Shown: one piece after another, positions 41,326-50,084 of the stretch
Numbering within the stretch: the first letter of the stretch is position 1
How the letters are laid out: each line of letters begins with the position of its first letter
NCBI GenBank assembly: GCA_041687695.1
Contig: JAWLBL010000013.1
Location: forward strand, 146,874 to 210,873
Direction of reading: 5' to 3'
Source: Myxococcota bacterium
GTDB lineage: Bacteria; Myxococcota_A; UBA9042; PHBI01; JAWLBL01
DNA: 64,000 bases
The notes under the pieces: model-generated
Databases searched by the model: none
Told to the model about the DNA's origin: nothing
Seen by the model: the letters and a program-made list of their open reading frames with translations, nothing else
Position numbers and translations under genes: made by a program

Positions 41326-41502
41326 TGGACCGCTGACGTCGTCGAGGCGGAGCCCACCCCTGACGGTGGGCTCCGTCGTTTCGAAGACCGAGGGCCAGGC
41401 CCGTCCGTCCGCCCCGGCGTCCTCGCGGACCTGATGGACCGCTGACGTCGAGACGGAGCCCACCCCCGATGGTGGGCTCCGTCGTTTCGCAGGCCGAGGG
41501 CG
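41308..41502 (+). repeat. tandem direct duplication (2 x about 90-109 bp) of the secA 3' end plus terminator
   Basis: GGCGTCCTCGCGGACCTGATGGACCGCTGACGTCG...GGAGCCCACCCC.GA.GGTGGGCTCCGTCGTTTCG.AG.CCGAGGGC occurs twice (41308-41396 and 41417-41502) at about 95% identity. Confidence 0.75.
41349..41383 (+). terminator. rho-independent terminator after secA (first of two tandem copies)
   Basis: GGAGCCCACC-CCTGAC-GGTGGGCTCC followed by GTCGTTTCG. A second copy lies at 41455-41489. Confidence 0.6.
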
Positions 41503-41556
41503 GGGCCCGACCCGACCTTGACAGCCTCGGCGGGCGCGGGCCATAACCCGCGCACG

Positions 41557-42498
41557 ATGCAGATGTACTTCGGTTTGGACGACCTGCCCGAGGAGCCGCT
41601 CGAGCCGGTCGTGACCATGGGCAACTTCGACGGCGTGCACCGGGGACATCAGGCCCTGCTCGCGCGCGTGCAGGAGGAGGGCTCGCGCATGAGCGCGCCC
41701 ACCATGGTCATCACCTTCCACCCGCACCCCCGGCAGGTGCTGCGGCCCGAAGAGCCCTTCACGCCCATCATGTCGCTCAAGGAGCGCATGCGGCGGCTGT
41801 GGGATCTCCGCATCGACCACGCCCTCATCCTGCCGTTCGACCACGACATGGCCGAGATGACCGGGCGCGAGTTCATCGAAGAGGTGCTCTGGGACGCGCT
41901 GCGCATCCGCGGCATCTATGTCGGCGCGGCGATGACCTTCGGATACCAGCGCCAGGGCAACGTCAAGCTGCTCGAGTCCGAGGGGCGACGGCTGGGCTAC
42001 GGCGTCGGCGTCATAGACCCCGTGCTGGTCGAGGGCTATCGCGTCTCGTCCACCCTCATCCGGCAGGCGGTCGCGTCGGGGCAGCTCGAGGTCGCCGCGC
42101 GGCTGTTGGGCCGCAACCACCGCGTCGTGGGGACGGTCGTCGAGGGCGACAAGCGCGGCCGCGAGCTGGGCTTCCCGACCGCCAACCTCGAGACCGACGG
42201 CGGCGTCCTGCCGCCGAACGGGGTCTATGCGGCCTGGGCGCTGCTGGACGACGGCGCGACCCGCGTGCCCGCGGTCGTGAACATCGGCGTGCGGCCGACC
42301 TTCACCGAGGGCGGCCCCGTCAGCGTCGAGGCGCACCTGCTGGACTTCGAGGGCGACCTGTACGGCCAGGAGGTCGCGCTCGCCCTGGTGCGCAACCTGC
42401 GCGGCGAGCAGCAGTTCGGGGGCGTCGAGCCCCTCAAGCGGCAGATCAAGCGCGACGTCATCGAGGCGCGGCGCGCCCTGGGCGTCCCGCGGGCGTGA
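41557..42498 (+). CDS. ribF: bifunctional riboflavin kinase / FMN adenylyltransferase
   Basis: GNFDGVHRGHQALL (nucleotidyltransferase motif) and the C-terminal riboflavin-kinase domain (GFPTANL...). ATG at 41557. Confidence 0.9.
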   Translation: MQMYFGLDDLPEEPLEPVVTMGNFDGVHRGHQALLARVQEEGSRMSAPTMVITFHPHPRQVLRPEEPFTPIMSLKERMRRLWDLRIDHALILPFDHDMAEMTGREFIEEVLWDALRIRGIYVGAAMTFGYQRQGNVKLLESEGRRLGYGVGVIDPVLVEGYRVSSTLIRQAVASGQLEVAARLLGRNHRVVGTVVEGDKRGRELGFPTANLETDGGVLPPNGVYAAWALLDDGATRVPAVVNIGVRPTFTEGGPVSVEAHLLDFEGDLYGQEVALALVRNLRGEQQFGGVEPLKRQIKRDVIEARRALGVPRA

Positions 42499-43361
42499 CC
42501 GCGACGCCCCTGCGGCTCGGCCTGGTCGGTCACCCGGTCGCCCACAGCCTGTCGGCCGTGATGCACCGCGCGGCGCTCGAGGCCGTCGGCCGGCAGGGCG
42601 ATTATGCGCTGTTGGACACGCCGACCGAGGTCGAGTTGGCCGACCTCGTCGGACGGCTCAGGTTCGGCCACCTCGACGGCCTGAACGTCACCATCCCGCA
42701 CAAGCAGGCGGCCCTGGGTCTGTGCGACCGCGCGACCGCCGAGGCGAGCGCCCTGGGCGCGGTCAACACGCTCGTCCGCAGCGCCGACGGCCTCGTGGTC
42801 GGGCACAACACCGATCTGCCGGGGCTGGTGGCGGCCCTGCGGCAGGCCTTCCCCGACCCGCCCTGGGTGGGCGGCGTCTGCGCCCTGCTGGGCGCCGGAG
42901 GGGCCGCCCGCGCCGCCGCCGCCGCCGCCCTGCAGGTCGGGGCGCGCGAGGTCCGCGTCTACAACCGCACCGCCAGCCGCGCGCGCCAGCTCACCGAGGA
43001 TCTGGCCGACCCGCGGGTCGTCCCGGTCGCGTCGGCGCTGGACGCGCTGGCCGGGGCGACCCTGGTCCTGCAGTCGACCAGCGCGGGCATGGGCACGCAG
43101 CCGGCCTCGCCCGAGTGGGAGGAGCTACGGGTCCATGCGATGACGGCCCTGGCCGCGACGTCGGCCGAGGCCTGCGTCATGGATCTGGTCTATCGGCCCG
43201 CGCGGACGCCGTGGTGCGCGGCCGCCGAGGCCCTGGGACGCCGGGCCGAGGCCGGCCTGCCGATGCTGGTCGAGCAGGCGGCGCTGGCCTTCGCGCTGTG
43301 GACGGGCCAGCCGGCCCCGCGTGAGGTCATGGCGCGGGCGGCGGCGGGGGCCCTGCGCTGA
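42495..43361 (+). CDS. aroE: shikimate 5-dehydrogenase
   Basis: GTG at 42495 overlaps the ribF TGA. LVGHPVAHSLS, LNVTIPHK, NT (NTD) and GAGGAARA Rossmann motifs. Confidence 0.85.
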   Translation: MTATPLRLGLVGHPVAHSLSAVMHRAALEAVGRQGDYALLDTPTEVELADLVGRLRFGHLDGLNVTIPHKQAALGLCDRATAEASALGAVNTLVRSADGLVVGHNTDLPGLVAALRQAFPDPPWVGGVCALLGAGGAARAAAAAALQVGAREVRVYNRTASRARQLTEDLADPRVVPVASALDALAGATLVLQSTSAGMGTQPASPEWEELRVHAMTALAATSAEACVMDLVYRPARTPWCAAAEALGRRAEAGLPMLVEQAALAFALWTGQPAPREVMARAAAGALR

Positions 43362-44709
43362 GCGCGGCGACGAGGGCCGCGGCCTTGGCCTCGGTCTCGG
43401 CCCACTCGGCCTCGGGCGTGCTGTCCGCGACGATGCCGCCGCCGGTGTGGTAGCTCAGCTGGCCGTCGGCCACGACACACGAGCGGATGAGGATGTTGAA
43501 GGTGGCGCGCCCGGTGCCGTCGACGACGCCCAGGCTGCCGGTGTACAGGCCCCGTCGCAGTCCCTCGACCCGCTCGATGCGGGCCATGGCGGCGATCTTG
43601 GGCGCGCCGGTGATGCTGCCGCCGGGGAAGAGCGCCGTCAGGACGTCGGCGAGGTCGGCGTCGGGGCGGACGCGGGCGGCCACGTCGCTGACCAGGTGGT
43701 GGACGGTCGGCAGCGGCTGCACGCCCAGCAGCTGGGGCACCGAGACCCCGCCCGGGACCGCGACCCGGCCGAGATCGTTGCGCACGAGGTCGACGATCAT
43801 GACGTGCTCGGCGCGCTCCTTGGGGTCGGCGCGGAGCGCGTCGGCCAGGCGTGCGTCCTCGGCAGGCGTTGGGCCACGGGGGCGGGTGCCCTTGATGGGG
43901 TAGCTGTGGGCCGCGCGGGTCGCCGGGTCCCAGGTGAGCAGGCACTCGGGCGAGGCCGAGACCAGCCACTGGTCCGGCCCGAAGGCCCACAGCGCGCCCA
44001 GCGCGGCCGGGCTGCGGGCGCGCAGGGCGCGGTGCAGGGCGGGCGCCAGCGCGGGGTCCATGGGGGCCGACAGGCGCCGTGCCACGTTGGCCTGGTAGAG
44101 GTCGCCGCGGGCGATGCCGTCCAGGACGTCGGCCAGGGCGGCGCGGTGGGCGTCGCGGTCGAGGTGGCTGTCGAGCCGGGTCGGCAGCGTGCCTTGGGCG
44201 AGGGCGCGGGGCGGGCGCTCGAGGTGGGTCAGCAGTCGCCGGCGGGCCGCGTGGTCGGTGGCGTGCAGGCGCCAGGGCCCGGTCGGCCCGTCCGAGGCCA
44301 GGAAGGCGGGGTAGGTGGCAAGGACCAGGTCGGGGACCGAGCCGTCGCGGCGCGCGGTGGCGGGCAGGCGCTCGAGGTTGCGGCCGAGGTCGTAGGACAA
44401 GCCGAGGACGTGCAGCGGCGCGGGCTGCCCGCTGCGCGTGACGTGCCGCCGGAGCCAGTCGGACAGGCCGCGGAGGGGCAGGTCCTCGACCCGCAGGCGC
44501 TGGACGCGGCTGGGGAGCGCGGCGAGCAGGTGCCCGGGGCGCGTGAAGCCGACGGTCGGCCCAGCGGCCGGGAGGGCGTCGCCGCCGTCGGCCCAGAACG
44601 GCGACGCCCGCCACGCGTCCTCGCCGGCGAACAGGCGCTCGGCGAGGACGGGGGCGGGCGCGCCCGAGAGGATGAGCGGTCCCGTGGTCAGGGCGGCGCT
44701 CCGGATCAG
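43327..44709 (-). CDS. chorismate-binding enzyme, anthranilate/aminodeoxychorismate synthase component I family (PabB/TrpE-like), start uncertain
   Basis: C-terminal chorismate-binding domain (SPECLL, IKGTRPRG, PGGSITGAPK, GIVADSTPEAEWAE). No in-frame ATG/GTG start exists downstream of the pspA stop. A CTG at 44709 overlaps the pspA TGA. Confidence 0.75.
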   Translation of the reverse strand: MIRSAALTTGPLILSGAPAPVLAERLFAGEDAWRASPFWADGGDALPAAGPTVGFTRPGHLLAALPSRVQRLRVEDLPLRGLSDWLRRHVTRSGQPAPLHVLGLSYDLGRNLERLPATARRDGSVPDLVLATYPAFLASDGPTGPWRLHATDHAARRRLLTHLERPPRALAQGTLPTRLDSHLDRDAHRAALADVLDGIARGDLYQANVARRLSAPMDPALAPALHRALRARSPAALGALWAFGPDQWLVSASPECLLTWDPATRAAHSYPIKGTRPRGPTPAEDARLADALRADPKERAEHVMIVDLVRNDLGRVAVPGGVSVPQLLGVQPLPTVHHLVSDVAARVRPDADLADVLTALFPGGSITGAPKIAAMARIERVEGLRRGLYTGSLGVVDGTGRATFNILIRSCVVADGQLSYHTGGGIVADSTPEAEWAETEAKAAALVAALSAGPPPPPAP

Positions 44710-45476
44710 CGCTCGCGCAGGAGCGCCTCGAGCTCGGCCTCGACGTCGTCGACCGAGGCCGACTGCTGACCGGGCGGCAGCGCCGCGGGCTGGGCGGCGG
44801 GGGCCACGCCCATCTTGGCCTTGAGGGCCGCGAGCGCGTCGTCCTGCGCGACGTCCGAGGAGCTGAGGGCGTCGAACTGCTTGGACAGCGAGTCGGTGTC
44901 GAGGTCGCCCGAGAGCTCGAGCGCGGCCTGCGCCTCGGCCTCGGCGCGGTCGACCTTCTCCTCCATGCGCGAGAAGGTGTCGAAGGCGCTGTTGTCCTTC
45001 ATCCCCGCCATGGTGTCCTGGATCTTCTTCTGCGCCTCGGCCCGCTTCTGGCGCGCGATGAGGAGGTTCTTCTTGCGCGAGGCCTCCTCGATCTTCTTGT
45101 TGAGCGCCGTCAGGGCGTCCCGCAGCTGGTCGGCGGCCTGCTTCTGCGCCACCCACTGCTGCTGGAACTGCTCGGCCAGGGTGTCGTGCTCACCCTTGCG
45201 GGCCAGCGCCTGGCGGGCGAGGTCGTCGCGGCCGGCCTTGATGGCCGTCATCGCCTTCTTCTCCCACTCGCGCGCCTTCTCGAGCTCGCTCTCGTACTGG
45301 CGCTTGAGGCGCTTTTCGTCGGCGATGGCGACGGCGACCTGCTTGCGCGCCTCGAGGAACTGCTGGCGCATGTCGATGATGAGCTGGTTGAGGATCTTCT
45401 CGGGATCCTCGGCCTTGCTGATGAGCGCGTTGATGTTCGACTTCAGCAGCGTCGACATCCGGGCGAAGATGCTCAT
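44706..45476 (-). CDS. pspA: phage shock protein A (PspA/IM30/Vipp1 family)
   Basis: 256 aa, all coiled-coil. MSIFARMSTLLKSNINALISKAEDPEKILNQLI is the canonical PspA N-terminus. ATG at 45476 is preceded by GAGGAGG. Confidence 0.9.
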   Translation of the reverse strand: MSIFARMSTLLKSNINALISKAEDPEKILNQLIIDMRQQFLEARKQVAVAIADEKRLKRQYESELEKAREWEKKAMTAIKAGRDDLARQALARKGEHDTLAEQFQQQWVAQKQAADQLRDALTALNKKIEEASRKKNLLIARQKRAEAQKKIQDTMAGMKDNSAFDTFSRMEEKVDRAEAEAQAALELSGDLDTDSLSKQFDALSSSDVAQDDALAALKAKMGVAPAAQPAALPPGQQSASVDDVEAELEALLRER

Positions 45477-45478
45477 GG

Positions 45479-45898
45479 TCAGGCCTCCTCGGTGGCCGTC
45501 TCGTCGGCCCGCTGGTGAAAGCCCCTCAGCAGCTCGTAGTGCTCGCTGATGGCCAGGGAAAGGCTGTCGATGGCCGCCTCGAACTCGTTGTAGTCGAGGT
45601 TCTCGGACTGGAGGGTCTCGCTGGCGATGACCGCGTTGCCTTCGAGGCCGTAGGCGCCGGCGACCATCTCCGTGGCGTTGAGCTCGAGCAGGCGGCGATA
45701 CAGCGCGCGCTGCGCCTCGGGGTCCTCCGGGACCTCCATCAGCTTGACGCGGAAGACCACGATGGGTGGGCTGTAACGGATGACGATGTTGTCGATGTGG
45801 TCGACTTCGTCGTGGATGATCCACAACCCCTCTTCGACGGACTCGTACTCGAGTCCGCTTCGGATGAGGTAGCCTTCGAGGGTTTCGGGACGGTCCAT
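45479..45898 (-). CDS. YbjN-like small acidic protein (putative chaperone-like or sensory regulator fold)
   Basis: 139 aa. ATG at 45898. Stop lies 2 nt before the pspA ATG, which places it in a pspA operon. The family is assigned only by sequence resemblance. Confidence 0.5.
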   Translation of the reverse strand: MDRPETLEGYLIRSGLEYESVEEGLWIIHDEVDHIDNIVIRYSPPIVVFRVKLMEVPEDPEAQRALYRRLLELNATEMVAGAYGLEGNAVIASETLQSENLDYNEFEAAIDSLSLAISEHYELLRGFHQRADETATEEA

Positions 45899-46083
45899 CG
45901 GTGCTCCGACTCCGTGGCTGGTGGGCAGACGGTTGCTTGTCTGTAGCGCCGTTCCGAGGTAGCAAGGCGCTCTTTCATCGTCAAGGGCGGCTCCCGGGAA
46001 AAGGCCTCGGGCGCGGCCCAGCAAGGTGACGCGGCGGTCTTCGACCCGCCGGGACGCACACCAGGCTGGTGTGAGGTGTCGCG

Positions 46084-46581
46084 ATGAGCAGGACGCGTTT
46101 TTGGCGAAGGCTCACCCTCGTGGGGCTGCTCGGGGGCACGGCGCTCGGCGCCTTCGGCGGCTGTGACGAGGAGCTGGTGCTGGCCAACGCCCTGCCGCGG
46201 GTCACCTGGGTGGACGTGGCGCCGGCCGAGGACGGCGTCGCCGCCATCACCGTCTGGGTGCGCGACCTCGAGGGCGACCCCGTCAGCCTCGACGTGACGT
46301 GGTCGGCGCCCGGCGGCGCGCCTACGCCCATCGCGATCGCGCCGGGCGGCCACGGCCTCGTCGGCCTGACCACGCTCGAGGGCGCTGGGGACCCCAATGG
46401 CCAACCACACCTCATCTCGTGGGACGTGACCGCCGTCCCCGAGGGGCAGGTGACCCTGACCTTCGTGGCCGACGACTCGGCGGCGGGGCGCACCCGCGCC
46501 TCGTCCGATGTGGCCGCAACCACCGTGTCGACCCCGGCCTTCCCGCTGTCGACCGGCACCGACGGCCGCGTCCCGCTCTGA
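46084..46581 (+). CDS. hypothetical lipoprotein
   Basis: 165 aa. Signal LTLVGLLGGTALGAFGGCDEE. Coding-like composition. No domain recognised. Confidence 0.5.
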   Translation: MSRTRFWRRLTLVGLLGGTALGAFGGCDEELVLANALPRVTWVDVAPAEDGVAAITVWVRDLEGDPVSLDVTWSAPGGAPTPIAIAPGGHGLVGLTTLEGAGDPNGQPHLISWDVTAVPEGQVTLTFVADDSAAGRTRASSDVAATTVSTPAFPLSTGTDGRVPL

Positions 46582-46591
46582 CCCGCCGGGG

Positions 46592-47446
46592 CTACAGCCC
46601 CAGCCGCTCGATCACCTCGGCCATCACGGCCTCGTAGGCCTTGGCCCCGCGGCAGCCGGCGTCGAACTGGAAGATGGGCGCCCCCTCGGCCTGCGCCTGG
46701 GCGAGCGCCGTGTTGACCGGCACGCGCGTGGCCAGCAGGTGCCGCCCATAGCGCGCCTCGAGCCCGGCCTCGACCGCGTCGTTCACCTTCTGGTTGCGCG
46801 CGTCGTAGCGCGTGCGCAGCACGCCCAGCACGCCGACCTGGTGGCCCAGGGTGTCGGTCAGCGTGTCGACCGTCTCGAAGATGTCGTCGACGCCCTCGAG
46901 CGCCAGCACGCTCATGTCGCAGGGGACCAGCAGCCAGTCGGCCGCGACCAGCGCGTTGACCGTCAGGTTGCCGAGGTTGGGCGGGCAGTCGACGACGATG
47001 ACGTCGTAATGGGTCCGTGCGGTCTCCAGCGCCTTCTTCAGCAGGAACTCCTTGCCGATGCGCCCGGCCATGACGCCCTCGGTGGCGCCGAGATCCTTGT
47101 CGGCCGGGGTCACCGACAGGCCGGCGATGGCGGTCGGCAGCGCGACCTCGTGGACGTCGCGGCGCTTGCCCAGCAGGACCCCGCTGAGGGACTCGGCCGT
47201 GGCGCCGCGCAGCTGGGCGTGCAGGGCCGACGAGCAGTGCCCCTGGGCGTCGATGTCGACCAGCAGGACCTGCTTGCCGCGCAACATCGCCAGGCCCGCC
47301 GCCAGGTTCACGGCCGTGGTCGTCTTGCCGACGCCCCCTTTCTGGGCGCACACGGCGATGACCTGCGCCTGGTGCGTGCCCTTGAGCGGGCCACGAGAGT
47401 CGCCCCGGACGAGGCGGCGCAGCGGGTCGGTCAGCAGGCTGGTCAT
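46592..47446 (-). CDS. orphan ParA/Soj-family P-loop ATPase
   Basis: Deviant Walker A KGGVGKTT, with VDIDAQG and DCPP motifs. A roughly 25-aa N-terminal extension. Strong RBS AAGGAGAGG. No parB nearby. Confidence 0.9.
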   Translation of the reverse strand: MTSLLTDPLRRLVRGDSRGPLKGTHQAQVIAVCAQKGGVGKTTTAVNLAAGLAMLRGKQVLLVDIDAQGHCSSALHAQLRGATAESLSGVLLGKRRDVHEVALPTAIAGLSVTPADKDLGATEGVMAGRIGKEFLLKKALETARTHYDVIVVDCPPNLGNLTVNALVAADWLLVPCDMSVLALEGVDDIFETVDTLTDTLGHQVGVLGVLRTRYDARNQKVNDAVEAGLEARYGRHLLATRVPVNTALAQAQAEGAPIFQFDAGCRGAKAYEAVMAEVIERLGL

Positions 47447-47742
47447 GAGCCTCTCCTTGGGCGAGTGGGGCGCGCGGGTCGTGCGGCGCTCAATGTAACG
47501 CGGCGCGTCATCGTGTCAAATCGTCTCCCGCCGGGGCGCTCGGTGTGGCAAGCGTGACACGCTGCTTTGCTTGCTGGCGGGGGGCCGGCTGGTATGCTCG
47601 GGCCCGGCCAGCCGCAGGCCCCGCGCCTGTCGGACCTGGCGATCACGAAGCGCGGCGGCTGGCACGCCGCTTGCTGAACACTCTCTGGACGCGCGCCCCC
47701 CGGCGACGAGCCGCGGCCCCTGGTCGCGCCCACCCAGGTTGG

Positions 47743-49824
47743 ATGAACACGATGGTGATGCGAACGCTCTCGAGGACTCCGTGGACGATGCGCCTGCTGG
47801 CGGCCCTGCTCGCCTGGCCGCTCGTCGCGGGTTGCGCCTCGGACGACCCCACGCCCGCACCGACCCCGCGGGGCCCCGGCTCGGCCGACGGCCTCACGGC
47901 CGGCACGCCCGGCCCGGGCGCCGACCCGGCGGACGAGCCCAGCGCCGTGACGGACCCGCCGCCGGCGCCCAAGGTCAAGCGCGCCCTGCTCGCCCGCGAC
48001 GTGCGCGGCTTCCTCGACCGCTGGGCCAAGCGCGAGCGGACCTTCGTCGCCGAGCACACCAAGGCCTTCACAAAGGCGCTCGAGCAGCTGCGCTGGTTCA
48101 AGAAGCTGTCGACGAGGGCCTACGAGGCGCGTGAGCAGTCGGCCATCTTCAACGATGGCGAGCGGCTCCTGCCGGCCGCCGAGCAGCTGCTGGCCAGGCT
48201 CGACGCGCTCGAGGCCCACGGCGTCGACCCCAAGCCCTACGACCGCGAGCGGCTGCGGCAGCTGGTGGGCGACGTGGCCGACAGGCGGGCCGCCTACGAG
48301 GCCGCGATCGCCGGGGTCAGCGACCCGCGCGAGGCCGCGCTGTGGAAGGTGGTCGACAAGGCGCGCACGATGGTGGCGCTGGACGGGCCGGCGCTCGAGG
48401 CGCTGCTCGCGCCGACCGGGCTGAGCGACGACGACGCGCCGCTGGTCGCCCGCATCGAGGAGCGGGTCGAGGCCACGCTCTCGGCCAAGGGGGCGCTGAA
48501 CACGGCGCTGCGCGAGGCCGACCTGGCGCTGCTGGGGGCGTACTTCCGGTACGTCTACGACATGCGCTACGCCCGGCGCGCGCATCCGTTCCTGGCGGAC
48601 GCCAACGACGGCGCCGGCGTCGAGCGGACGGCCGACGCGCTCTTTTCGGCCTTCGAGGAGACCGACTTCGGCAAGCTCGACGACGCGCTGGCGGCGCTGG
48701 AGCCGCGCCTGCCGGACTATCGCAAGCTGATGGAGGGGCTGGCGTTCTACCGGACGCTCGCCGCCGAGGTCGAGCAGCCCCAGCTGCCCAAGGCGGCCGA
48801 GCGGCTGCGCAAGGGCTCCAAGGGCGAGACGGTCACGATGCTGCAGCGGCGCCTGTTCCAGGAGGGCTACTTCGAGGGCGAGGCGGACGGCAAGTACGGC
48901 GACCAGCTGGCCGAGGCGGTGCGTTGGTATCAGGAGACGCACCAGATGAAGGAGACCGGCGAGATGGACGCCGGGACCCTGCGTTCGATGAACCGCACCT
49001 ACGCCGAGCGCGCCGAGGACATCGCGCTCGGGCTCATGCGCCACCGCGAGAGCGAGCTGCACCAGGGCACCTGGCGCTTCGGCGAGCACCCGGTGCAGGC
49101 GCGCATCAACATCCCCGAGTTCGTCGCCCGCTTCTACAAGGACGGCGAGGTCGCGCGACGCCACAGGGTCGTGGTCGGCAACAACGCCATCGAGGTGGAC
49201 GAGCAGACGGGCAAGCGTGGGCACTTCAACCGCACGCGCATGTTCTCCGAGGAGATGCGCACCATCGTGCTCAACCCGACCTGGAAGGTGCCGCGCCGCA
49301 TCAAGGAGACCGAGCTCGACCGCGAGCTGCTCGAGCAGCCGGACTACTACGAGAAGCACAACTACCAGGTGCGCATCCTCGACGACGGCACCGAGGAGGT
49401 CGTGCAGATGCCGGGGCCCAACAACGCCCTGGGGCTGGTGAAGTTCCTCTTCCCCAACCGCTTCTCCATCTACATGCACGACACGCCGAGGAAGAGCCTG
49501 TTCAACCGCGAGATCCGGGCCTTCAGCCACGGCTGCATGCGGACCGAGGACCCGCTCGATCTGGCGCGCTGGATCCTGGTCGAGGTCGAGGGCATGACCA
49601 ACGACCGCTTCGACGCCATCTTGAGGAGCCGCGAGGAGTACGGGATCGCGCTCAAGAACAAGATCCCCATCACCATCGACTACAACACGGTCGGCGTGCA
49701 CGAGACGGGCAAGATCATGTTCTTCATCGACATCTACAAATTCGACCGCGACTACCGGGACGGCAAGACGCCCTACGCCGGGGCCGACCGCGGCGAGCTG
49801 GAGCAGGTGGTGATGTCGCCATGA
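47743..49824 (+). CDS. L,D-transpeptidase (YkuD/ErfK/YcbB-like) lipoprotein with peptidoglycan-binding domain
   Basis: Lipobox LLAALLAWPLVAGCASDD, a PG_binding_1-like segment (GETVTMLQRRLFQEGYFEG...GKYGDQLAEAVRWYQ), and the YkuD catalytic HGC motif (IYMHDTPRKSLFNREIRAFSHGCMR). Start is 47743 or 47788. Confidence 0.85.
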   Translation: MNTMVMRTLSRTPWTMRLLAALLAWPLVAGCASDDPTPAPTPRGPGSADGLTAGTPGPGADPADEPSAVTDPPPAPKVKRALLARDVRGFLDRWAKRERTFVAEHTKAFTKALEQLRWFKKLSTRAYEAREQSAIFNDGERLLPAAEQLLARLDALEAHGVDPKPYDRERLRQLVGDVADRRAAYEAAIAGVSDPREAALWKVVDKARTMVALDGPALEALLAPTGLSDDDAPLVARIEERVEATLSAKGALNTALREADLALLGAYFRYVYDMRYARRAHPFLADANDGAGVERTADALFSAFEETDFGKLDDALAALEPRLPDYRKLMEGLAFYRTLAAEVEQPQLPKAAERLRKGSKGETVTMLQRRLFQEGYFEGEADGKYGDQLAEAVRWYQETHQMKETGEMDAGTLRSMNRTYAERAEDIALGLMRHRESELHQGTWRFGEHPVQARINIPEFVARFYKDGEVARRHRVVVGNNAIEVDEQTGKRGHFNRTRMFSEEMRTIVLNPTWKVPRRIKETELDRELLEQPDYYEKHNYQVRILDDGTEEVVQMPGPNNALGLVKFLFPNRFSIYMHDTPRKSLFNREIRAFSHGCMRTEDPLDLARWILVEVEGMTNDRFDAILRSREEYGIALKNKIPITIDYNTVGVHETGKIMFFIDIYKFDRDYRDGKTPYAGADRGELEQVVMSP

Positions 49825-50084
49825 CGACCCCCGAGGACGCGACCGACGAGACCCCGAGCGCCGCGGCGCCGCCCGACATCGACGCCGCGCTCGAGGGGCT
49901 CGACCCCGAGCTGCTGGCCTCCTTCGAGCTGGTCATCAACGCCGACGGCAGCGTGACCTTCATCGACTTCCCGCCCGAGCTGCTCGACATCGCGCACGCG
50001 CTCAACCCGGACGATCCGCTGGTGTGCGAGCGGCGCGCGCTGGCGCAGGCGGGCGCAAGCTCGGACGAGGGCTCAGGCGGCTGA
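49821..50084 (+). CDS. small acidic hypothetical protein (87 aa)
   Basis: ATG at 49821 overlaps the LD-transpeptidase TGA (ATGA). GC3-rich codons. Its 3' end overlaps the convergent ArsA-like gene by 12 nt. Confidence 0.4.
   Translation: MTTPEDATDETPSAAAPPDIDAALEGLDPELLASFELVINADGSVTFIDFPPELLDIAHALNPDDPLVCERRALAQAGASSDEGSGG

Noticed and set aside
38524-42336. 1270-aa minus-strand ORF antisense to secA and ribF, and the similar antisense ORFs 18734..20638, 21137..23572, 24424..26211, 43321..44769, 47443..49701 and 59477..61639
   Set aside because: Each lies opposite a gene with unambiguous homology (secA, sppA, cysS, def/fmt, pabB-like, LD-transpeptidase, TPR). Their products are repetitive Arg/Gly/Ala/Asp strings without domains.
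47480-47600. Possible sigma54-type promoter (TGGCAAGCGTGACACGCTGCTTTGCTTGC and CTGGTATGCTCGGG) and an inverted repeat CGTGTCA...TGACACG upstream of the LD-transpeptidase gene
   Set aside because: Neither candidate has the correct GG-N10-GC spacing with a TTGC -12 element. The inverted-repeat arms are only 7 nt and 40 nt apart. Kept as unconvincing.
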